64,000 bases of DNA from an uncultured Sphingomonadaceae bacterium. GTDB taxonomy: Bacteria > Pseudomonadota > Alphaproteobacteria > Sphingomonadales > Sphingomonadaceae. Each line of letters opens with the position of its first letter. The stretch's first letter is position 1. The stretch spans positions 2,773 to 66,772 of the forward strand of contig CAYOMD010000012.1 in assembly GCA_964404985.1 (NCBI GenBank), read 5' to 3'. Shown piece by piece: positions 7,972 through 14,956 of this stretch. Made by a program: the position numbers and the translations under genes. The notes under the pieces are model-generated. The model worked only from the letters and a program-made list of their open reading frames with translations, was not told where the DNA came from and searched no databases.

Positions 7972-8081
7972 AGCGGCATCAATGGCTGCCAGCTGCCTCG
8001 CGATCACGCAAACCGGAGTTTGTTGACCTCCCGCCATACCGCTCTCCCCCCCGCAAACGGGAGGGGCTGAGAGGCTGCGTT

Positions 8082-8106
8082 CCCCCTCCCTCAACGAGGG
8101 AGGGGA
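8082..8106. terminator. GC-rich hairpin between convergent genes (no clear T-tract)
   Basis: cccctccctc (8083-8092) pairs with gagggagggg (8096-8105). A second imperfect hairpin lies at about 8043-8075. Confidence 0.3.
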
Positions 8107-8134
8107 GAGTGGGTCTGTTTGATATCATAAGGCT

Positions 8135-10855
8135 TTAGGCCAGGTGGGGGATGCCCTCCAGCCGGTCAAAGCCGCCGCCAAGGCCGGCACCCGCCGCTTC
8201 GAACGCCTCAGCCCCCAGGGGTGCGTCGGCAAGCGCAAAGGCCGGGGTCAACACCGTGACATCGCTGTCGACCGCCAGAAAGGCCGTGGTCTGGCCACCC
8301 TCGACATAGGCCCAGAAGTCGAAGCCGCCACCAGCTGCGCCATCAAGACCGACATTGCTTTGCACTTCGGACCACGCGCCGATAGTATTCAGTCCGTATA
8401 TAGTATTCTGTGCGCGTAAATCCAGTGTGTCGCCGCTATCGCCAAGCACTACCCAGGCTGCACCTATTGGCGCAGCCGTGAAAGCACTGTCGTGATTGGA
8501 AACACGAGAATTTAAGACTGCAGCATTAAGGGTGACGCTATTGTTGCCTGATCCAGTCAAATCTAGGCGCTCTATGCCGCTGATTTCACCTAATATTGCG
8601 TCTATGGTTTCTCTTAGATCAATGGTTAACCCTGCACCATTCAGCGACAGAGTGTCGTCCCCTAGACCTCCGATAAACTCTCTTTTAGTTGCAGTGACGA
8701 TGTAAAGAATATCATTGCCTGCGCCGCCATCCAGACTGTCCAGTGCCTGCCCGGCGTACAGAATATCGTCGCCGTCACCGCCATGAGAGAAATCTATCCC
8801 CGTACTATCGTTCAGTATGTCGTTGCCCGCATCACCACTTAAATAAACTGCGGAGCCACCGCCGGTAAGGATGTCGTTGCCATCGCCGCCATATATTACA
8901 CCGTTTCTTCCTGACGTACCGGTTGTAAATACCGACACGATGTCGTCACCACTACCGCCTCTGATGACAGTCACTTCTACATTGGTAGCCGATCCCACGA
9001 ATACACCATCAATTGTTGCCTCGTAGGCCACATCTGGGGCAACCCCAACATCAAAGCGCAAATTCCCTGAGCGGTCTGAGAAGTCGAAGCGAGCCAAGTC
9101 AGTGCCGGCACCGCCATCAATGACAGCATTACCTAACCCGCCATCGAGGTCGTCATTGCCATCGCCGCCGCTTAGGATGTCGTCGCCATCATTACCCGTG
9201 AGTTTATCATTGCCGTCACCCCCAGACAGGGTGTCATTGCCCGACCCGCCAAAAAATTCATCTGAATTACTGCCGCCGGTCAGGATATCGTCGCCAGTGC
9301 CACCTATTATCTTAAAGTCTTCGATATTCGCTGCCGAGCCGGCGAATACACCGTCTACCGTGGCCTGATAGATCACGCCGGATACGCCCCCAATCTCGAA
9401 GCGCAAGTTCCCAGTACGGGCGGAGAAATCAAAAACAGCTTCGTCATTGCCGGCACCGCCATCAATGACATTGTTACCTAACCCGCCATCGAGGTCGTCA
9501 TCTCCATTACCGCCGTTCAGAATATCGTCGCCATCTTCGCCATTAAGGTCGTCACCACCATCGCCGCCGTTCAGGATGTCATTGCCATTGCCGCCAAAGA
9601 GGTCATCAAAGCCTGATCTGCCGTTCAGGGTGTCGTCGCCATCACCGCCGTTCAGCAGACCGCTACCGGTCAAGATATCGTTGCCAGCACGACCTGAGAA
9701 ACTAGCACTGGCAAGGGTGGTCAAGATATCGTCGCCGCTACCGCCGGCGATGATGTGTCTTTCGATATTCGTCATCGAACCGGCAAATACACCATCAACC
9801 GTTACCTCGTAGATCACGCCAGCTACGCTCGCGCCCTCAAATCGCACGACCCCTGTGCGGTCGGAGAAGTCCAAAGACCCTTGGTCATCAATGCCAGCTC
9901 CACCGTCGAGACGGTTAATCCCGGTACCCCCGCGTAGGATGTCGCCACGACCTCCTCCTCCGAATAAGATGTCGTTGCCAGCGCCGCCTTCAAGAATATC
10001 ACTATTAGTATTTCCGGAGATCAGGGTATCATCGCCATCGTCACCGTATAGCCGGCTAGAACCAGCGCCACCGTTCAATACATCGTTACCCGCTCCGCCG
10101 TAGATGATGTCTGCCCCAGAACCGGATGTGACTGTATCGTCACCATCGTTCAGGTAGGCGATCAAATCGCTACCCACGCCCAATCGACTAGCATCGATCG
10201 TATCACTGCCGTAGCTGCGCACGGTGAAGACGTTCGTGGCCGAGGTGTCGAATGGCCTGTCATCCAGGATCAGGGTTGCCGAGCCGTCGCGTGCGCGCAG
10301 CTCTACGCCTTCAAAGTTGATGATGCTCGCCAGGGATGCGAAGTCGAATGTGCCGGTGCCGTTGTACACGAGCGTATCGAAGTCGCCACGACCATCGAGC
10401 ACGATGCCCGTGCTGTCTTCGTCGCCGAAGATCACGCGGTCGTTGCCTTCGCCGCCGGTAAAGCGGTCGGCCCCGCCGCCGCTGTTGAACACCAGCGGGG
10501 TGGTCACCGGGCCGCGCGCCGGGTCCGTCGGCTGGCCGCTCACGATGTCGGCCCCTTCCGAGCCGCTGATGGTCAGGAACCCGCGCTGGGACGAGCCGGC
10601 GAGTTGCTGGGAGACGGTCAGGTCAATGCCGGCGACGTCCAGCCGGATCACCTCGATATTGCGGGTATCATCGAACTTGCCGGCCTGGACCCGTGCCGCC
10701 GTGGTGAAGGCCAGCGTGTCGACGACATTCAGGTTGGTGCTGCCGAACACATGGTCGGTGGCCGAGAGATACGCCGGCCGGAACACGAACAGATTGTCCT
10801 CGTTGAGCAGGCCGTCGAAGATATCCCGGTTACGGGTGCCGCTGAAGCGTGCCAT
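8135..10855 (-). CDS. large RTX-type calcium-binding repeat protein
   Basis: Dozens of GGxGxDxL/I nonapeptides (GGAGNDVLNGGAGSSRLYGDDGDDTL...). Start chosen at ATG 10855 (MARFSGTR) with AAGGGG 7 nt upstream. The track ORF extends to 10888. Confidence 0.8.
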   Translation of the reverse strand: MARFSGTRNRDIFDGLLNEDNLFVFRPAYLSATDHVFGSTNLNVVDTLAFTTAARVQAGKFDDTRNIEVIRLDVAGIDLTVSQQLAGSSQRGFLTISGSEGADIVSGQPTDPARGPVTTPLVFNSGGGADRFTGGEGNDRVIFGDEDSTGIVLDGRGDFDTLVYNGTGTFDFASLASIINFEGVELRARDGSATLILDDRPFDTSATNVFTVRSYGSDTIDASRLGVGSDLIAYLNDGDDTVTSGSGADIIYGGAGNDVLNGGAGSSRLYGDDGDDTLISGNTNSDILEGGAGNDILFGGGGRGDILRGGTGINRLDGGAGIDDQGSLDFSDRTGVVRFEGASVAGVIYEVTVDGVFAGSMTNIERHIIAGGSGDDILTTLASASFSGRAGNDILTGSGLLNGGDGDDTLNGRSGFDDLFGGNGNDILNGGDGGDDLNGEDGDDILNGGNGDDDLDGGLGNNVIDGGAGNDEAVFDFSARTGNLRFEIGGVSGVIYQATVDGVFAGSAANIEDFKIIGGTGDDILTGGSNSDEFFGGSGNDTLSGGDGNDKLTGNDGDDILSGGDGNDDLDGGLGNAVIDGGAGTDLARFDFSDRSGNLRFDVGVAPDVAYEATIDGVFVGSATNVEVTVIRGGSGDDIVSVFTTGTSGRNGVIYGGDGNDILTGGGSAVYLSGDAGNDILNDSTGIDFSHGGDGDDILYAGQALDSLDGGAGNDILYIVTATKREFIGGLGDDTLSLNGAGLTIDLRETIDAILGEISGIERLDLTGSGNNSVTLNAAVLNSRVSNHDSAFTAAPIGAAWVVLGDSGDTLDLRAQNTIYGLNTIGAWSEVQSNVGLDGAAGGGFDFWAYVEGGQTTAFLAVDSDVTVLTPAFALADAPLGAEAFEAAGAGLGGGFDRLEGIPHLA

Positions 10856-10932
10856 AAATACCCCTTTAGGTAGTGTTGTCCGTATCAATGAATGCTTTAA
10901 TAGCAGCCTGGTGTGACACCGTCATGACACGT

Positions 10933-11021
10933 CGTCATCCCGGACTTGATCCGGGATCCAGGATAAAAGGAATTCAGCGTTTTCAATAGTCTGGATTCCG
11001 GCTTTCGCTGGAATGACGACG
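10933..11021. repeat. pair of inverted GTCAT-hairpin-ATCCAGG palindromic modules (REP-like)
   Basis: cgtcatcccggacttgatccgggatccagg (10933-10962) faces the reverse complement of cgtcgtcattccagcgaaagccggaatccaga (10990-11021). Confidence 0.75.
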
Positions 11022-11055
11022 ATTATGGGGCATTGCCGGCATTTTCAGCAGCCTG

Positions 11056-11718
11056 CTAGCCGGCCTTCTCCGGCCAGAGGCACAGGTCCCGCACGCTGCA
11101 TTCGGCGCATTTGGGAGCGCGGGCCGTGCAGGTATAGCGCCCGTGCAGAATCAGCCAGTGGTGGGCATCGCGCCGGTACGGGTGCGGTAGCACGTCCATC
11201 AACGCGTCCTCGACCGCAAGCGGCGTCTTGCCAGGGGCCAGACCCAGCCGGTTGGACACCCGGAAGATGTGGGTATCGACCGCGCAGGTCTCCTCCCCGA
11301 ATGCCACATTGAGCACCACGTTGGCAGTCTTGCGGCCAACACCGGGCAAGGCCTCCAGCGCCGCGCGGTCATGGGGGACTTCGCCGCCATGTTCGCGCAC
11401 CAGAATGTCGGACAGGGCGATCACGTTCTTCGCCTTGGCGTTGAACAGGCCGATGGTCCGGATGTGCCGGGTGAGGCCCTTCAGCCCGAGAGCGAGCATC
11501 TGCTGTGGTGTGCGCACGGCGGCGAACAGCGCGCGGGTTGCCTTGTTGACCCCCACGTCGGTTGCCTGCGCGGAGAGCACCACCGCCACCAGCAAGGTAT
11601 AGGTGTTCACATACGCAAGCTCGGTCCGGGGGGCCGGGTTGGCGGCGGACAGCCGTGCGAACAGGGCCGAGATGGCCTCCGGGGTCATCCGGGGCAGGTC
11701 TTGCGGTTGCTTGGTCAT
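11056..11718 (-). CDS. nth: endonuclease III
   Basis: HhH motif LPGVGRKTANVV and a C-terminal 4Fe-4S Cys cluster CTARAPKCAECSVRDLC. Start taken at MTKQPQ (11718). Confidence 0.9.
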   Translation of the reverse strand: MTKQPQDLPRMTPEAISALFARLSAANPAPRTELAYVNTYTLLVAVVLSAQATDVGVNKATRALFAAVRTPQQMLALGLKGLTRHIRTIGLFNAKAKNVIALSDILVREHGGEVPHDRAALEALPGVGRKTANVVLNVAFGEETCAVDTHIFRVSNRLGLAPGKTPLAVEDALMDVLPHPYRRDAHHWLILHGRYTCTARAPKCAECSVRDLCLWPEKAG

Positions 11719-11777
11719 GGCGTCGCAGTGGCGCGGCCATCCTTGTTTGGCAAGGGGCTGTGCGCTAGCTCTTGTAC

Positions 11778-12257
11778 ATGGATCGTCCGACCCTCGACTT
11801 GCGCCTGACCCCGCACCGCTCGCTCGGGCCAAAGGGCTTTCGCATCCTGATGCTGGTGTTCGCCGGGGTGTGCGGCCTTGCCGCGCTGCGCTTTCTGGCC
11901 TTGGGTGCCTGGCCGGTGTTCCTGTTCATGCTGCTGGATGTCGCCTTGATCTACGGGGCGTTCCGCTTGAATTATCGGGATGGTCGCCGCTTCGAACAGG
12001 TGACTCTCACCCCGGACCAGTTGACCGTGCGCAAGGTGGCGCCTGGCGGGCAGGAGCGCAGCGCCGCCTTCAACCCCTATTGGGTGCGTGTCGAGCTGGA
12101 CCCTGCGGACCAGCACCTGGCCCTGCGCCTGCACGGCCAGCGCGAGACAGTCGGGCAGTTCCTCAGCCCCGACGAACGGGTGGAAGTGAAGGCCGAGATC
12201 GAGCGCGGGCTGGACGCCGTGCGCCGTTATACCCCGAGTACGTCCGGCAGCGTGTAG
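11778..12257 (+). CDS. DUF2244-like two-TM membrane protein
   Basis: RSLGPKGFRILMLVFAGVCGLAALRFLALGAWPVFLFMLLDVALIYGAF...NPYWVRVEL. ATG 11778 is preferred over TTG 11772. Confidence 0.6.
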   Translation: MDRPTLDLRLTPHRSLGPKGFRILMLVFAGVCGLAALRFLALGAWPVFLFMLLDVALIYGAFRLNYRDGRRFEQVTLTPDQLTVRKVAPGGQERSAAFNPYWVRVELDPADQHLALRLHGQRETVGQFLSPDERVEVKAEIERGLDAVRRYTPSTSGSV

Positions 12258-12955
12258 CGCCCGGCCGGTTTGCCCACAAGCCACAGGGCCGCACGGATCG
12301 CCCCGCGCGCAAAGATAGCACGCGATTGTGCATGGTGGCTGAACTCAAGCCGTTCATCCTCGGTTGCGAAGATCACGCTGTGATCGCCCGGCACCGAGCC
12401 GCCGCGCAGGCACGCAAACCCGATCGATCCCTCCCGGCGCGGGCTGGTTATGCCGTCCCGCCCGGTGACCTTCTCCAGTGCCAGGTCTACGCCGCGCCCG
12501 TGCGCTGCCGCGGCCCCCAGCAACAACGCGGTGCCGGATGGTGCATCCACCTTGTGCCGGTGGTGCATCTCCAGGATTTCGATATCCCAGTCGGGGCCGA
12601 GAATGCTGGCAGCCTGCCGGACCAGTGCGGCAAGCAGGGTCACGCCCAGGCTCATGTTGGCCGATTGCAGAACCGGGATCAGGTGTGCGGCGTTATCGAT
12701 TGCTGCGTGATGGTCCGCATCCAGCCCCGTCGATCCTATGACGATCGGGCAGCGCCGGGCGATGGCCGCGGCCAGAGAGTCGGCCACGGCATCGGGGGAC
12801 GAGAAATCGACCAACACGTCGCCCGAGAGGTCCTGCGCCGGCGTATCCTGGTCAATACCCCCGGCCAGATGGGCACCCGGCCAGTCCGCAAGTGCTGACA
12901 CCAGCGCCTGCCCCATGCGGCCGCGCACCCCGATTATGCCAACACCGATGCTCAC
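12227..12955 (-). CDS. dapB: 4-hydroxy-tetrahydrodipicolinate reductase
   Basis: GVRGRMG NAD-binding motif and EMHHRHKVDAPSGTA. GTG 12955 with GGAG upstream is preferred over ATG 13003, which would overlap the cobB start. Confidence 0.85.
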   Translation of the reverse strand: MSIGVGIIGVRGRMGQALVSALADWPGAHLAGGIDQDTPAQDLSGDVLVDFSSPDAVADSLAAAIARRCPIVIGSTGLDADHHAAIDNAAHLIPVLQSANMSLGVTLLAALVRQAASILGPDWDIEILEMHHRHKVDAPSGTALLLGAAAAHGRGVDLALEKVTGRDGITSPRREGSIGFACLRGGSVPGDHSVIFATEDERLEFSHHAQSRAIFARGAIRAALWLVGKPAGRYTLPDVLGV

Positions 12956-13001
12956 ACACGCTCCTATCCCAAATGCCCAGCAAATCGGGTAGAGCGTATC
13001 C

Positions 13002-13715
13002 ATGACGCACTACAAGACCATAGTTGTTTTGACCGGGGCCGGCATTTCGGCAGAGTCGGGGCTGGCGACCTTCCGGGGCCCGGATGGCCTGTGGGAGGGC
13101 CACCGGGTCGAGGATGTGGCAACGCCCGAGGCCTTCGCGCGCGATCCGGACCTTGTGCACACCTTCTACAATCTCCGTCGTGCCACCCTGGCGCAAGTGG
13201 CCCCCAACCCGGCGCACCTGGCCCTGGCGCGGCTGGAGGCTGGCCTTGCTGCACGCGGCGGCAGCCTGCTGGTGGTGACGCAGAATGTGGACGATCTGCA
13301 CACCCGCGCCGGGTCGCAGGCCCTCATACACATGCACGGTGCATTGCGCAGCGGCTGGTGCCTGGCCTGTAACGCCCGCTTTCGCTGGGATGGCCCGATG
13401 GGACAAGACAGTACCTGCCCATCCTGCAGGCGCGCGGGCTCGGTGCGCCCGGATATCGTCTGGTTCGGGGAAATGCCCTACGCCATGGACCGGATCGACG
13501 AGGCACTGGCGGCCTGCGACCTCTTCGTCTCGATCGGTACGTCCGGAAATGTCTATCCGGCAGCGGGCTTCATCTCGGCTGTGCGCTACTATCGCAAGGC
13601 GCACACTCTGGAGCTGAACCTCGAGCCTTCCGCAGGAAGCGCCCACTTCCACGAGGCCCGTCACGGCCCGGCAAGCGTGCTGGTACCCCAGTGGGTGGAG
13701 AGCCTCCTTGCCTGA
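13002..13715 (+). CDS. cobB: NAD-dependent protein deacylase (Sir2 family)
   Basis: GAGISAESGLATFRG, QNVDDLH, and the Zn ribbon CLACN...CPSC. Confidence 0.9.
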   Translation: MTHYKTIVVLTGAGISAESGLATFRGPDGLWEGHRVEDVATPEAFARDPDLVHTFYNLRRATLAQVAPNPAHLALARLEAGLAARGGSLLVVTQNVDDLHTRAGSQALIHMHGALRSGWCLACNARFRWDGPMGQDSTCPSCRRAGSVRPDIVWFGEMPYAMDRIDEALAACDLFVSIGTSGNVYPAAGFISAVRYYRKAHTLELNLEPSAGSAHFHEARHGPASVLVPQWVESLLA

Positions 13716-13748
13716 GCGAGGCGGCCCTCCTGTAGGCTGCCGTATAGG

Positions 13749-14237
13749 TTACTTCGGCAGGATCACCGAATCGACGACGTGGATCACGCCGTTCGAGGTC
13801 TCGATGTCCGCCTTGGTGACGGTTGCGTTGCCGACCTTCACGCTGCTGCCGGTCGCGTCAATGGCGACGGTCTGGCCCTGGACGGTGGCCGGAGACAAAG
13901 CCTTGCCGGCCAGATCCTTGGAGGTCACCTTGCCGGCGACCACATGGTAGGTGAGGATCTTGGTGAGCTGCGCCTTGTTTTCCGGCTTCAGCAGGTTGTC
14001 CAGGGTGCCCGCCGGCAGTTTGGAGAAAGCAGCGTCAGTCGGCGCGAACACCGTGAACGGGCCCTTGCCCTTCAGGGTATCGACGAGACCGGCGGCGGTC
14101 AGGGCTGCGGCGAGCGTCTTGAACTGACCCGCCTTGACGGCAGTATCAACGATGTCCGCTTTACCGTAGCTGCCCGCATAGGCTGGTGCTGCTGCAAGAG
14201 CGAGTGCCGCCAGAGGGGCGAGAAGAAATGTGCGCAT
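13749..14237 (-). CDS. secreted fasciclin (FAS1) domain protein
   Basis: Signal peptide [21 protein letters not shown], motifs [11 protein letters not shown] and [18 protein letters not shown] lies 6 nt upstream of the ATG. Confidence 0.85.
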   Translation of the reverse strand: MRTFLLAPLAALALAAAPAYAGSYGKADIVDTAVKAGQFKTLAAALTAAGLVDTLKGKGPFTVFAPTDAAFSKLPAGTLDNLLKPENKAQLTKILTYHVVAGKVTSKDLAGKALSPATVQGQTVAIDATGSSVKVGNATVTKADIETSNGVIHVVDSVILPK

Positions 14238-14762
14238 GAATGCCTCCGTGATGGTGGGGCCAGCGCATCAGCGCCGGCCATCCCAATACGTGCGCTCGCC
14301 AAGACAGTTTGCGCCGGCACGACGAACGCGCGCGCACATGCGTTGAACGGTTGCGGCATCTCGGTCTGGTAATAATCGCCTCGCGCTGCAGGGCAGCATA
14401 CATCATATATTATCTTACAAATGGCATTTCTATTATAATCAGTATCAAAACATTCTATCATTAACTCCTTATAAAGATTCATCGCAGTAAGCATATTCCC
14501 GAGAGGGGGGCCTCTCATTATCAATTGAGGGAATGCTGCACGCGCAGCGATCATGGGGAACAATGTCTATTTCAATCGATTCTAAAGCCTGACGTCACAG
14601 ACGGCCCGGAAATTTATATTGCGGGTGCAGTCGTGGAGGCATGTCGCGGGCGGCAGAATTATCGTTTGAGCGCAACGTCATCAGGGGGGCGGAGCGGTCG
14701 AGGTGGTCCGGGTGCGGGGAGGCATCCGGACCACATTTCATTTGTCTTCTGTCGCCTGTCAT

Positions 14763-14795
14763 AAAAAAAGCCCCGGCCAGAACCGGGGCTTTTTT
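14763..14795. terminator. bidirectional rho-independent terminator
   Basis: aaaaaaa-gccccgg-ccagaa-ccggggc-tttttt, a 7-bp GC stem flanked by A- and T-tracts. Confidence 0.8.
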
Positions 14796-14822
14796 ATATT
14801 TGACTGCGCGAAGAACCGTTAC

Positions 14823-14956
14823 AGTCTGATGACTGTACGCAGAATCAAGGCCCTCACCGGTCGTGTCGAGCCAAGTCGAGACACGTCCATATGATGATGG
14901 AACCGCCCCTCGACCGGGCTCGGGGCGAACGGTTTAACCTAAAATCATCACGCTCT
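14823..14956. mobile_element. MITE-like element with inverted TGATGA(C/T) ends
   Basis: Left end AGTCTGATGACTGTAC (14823-14838) and right end ATCATCACGCTCT (14944-14956). The ends are shared with the elements at 40283 and 62691. No coding capacity. Confidence 0.55.

Noticed and set aside
8400-10200. Periodic DNA repeats in the RTX gene considered as CRISPR or satellite DNA.
   Set aside because: They lie in one long open frame that encodes GGxGxDxL nonapeptides, so they are coding repeats.
8135-11055. A type I secretion operon accompanying the RTX protein.
   Set aside because: No ABC transporter, membrane-fusion or TolC-like ORF is adjacent. The neighbours are a TPR protein and nth.
12227-12257. 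31-bp overlap of the convergent 3' ends of the DUF2244 gene and dapB.
   Set aside because: Short convergent overlaps are common in compact GC-rich genomes, and there is no further signal.
12956-13003. ATG 13003 as the dapB start, overlapping the cobB start on the opposite strand.
   Set aside because: The extra 16 residues (MDTLYPICWAFGIGAC) precede the conserved IGVGIIGVRGRMG N-terminus. GTG 12955 has a GGAG at proper spacing.
14099-14563. 154-aa minus-strand ORF spanning the AT-rich patch and overlapping the fasciclin start.
   Set aside because: It overlaps the well-supported fasciclin gene by ~140 nt in another frame. Its C-terminal two-thirds look like frame noise. Only its first ~30 codons are AT-rich.
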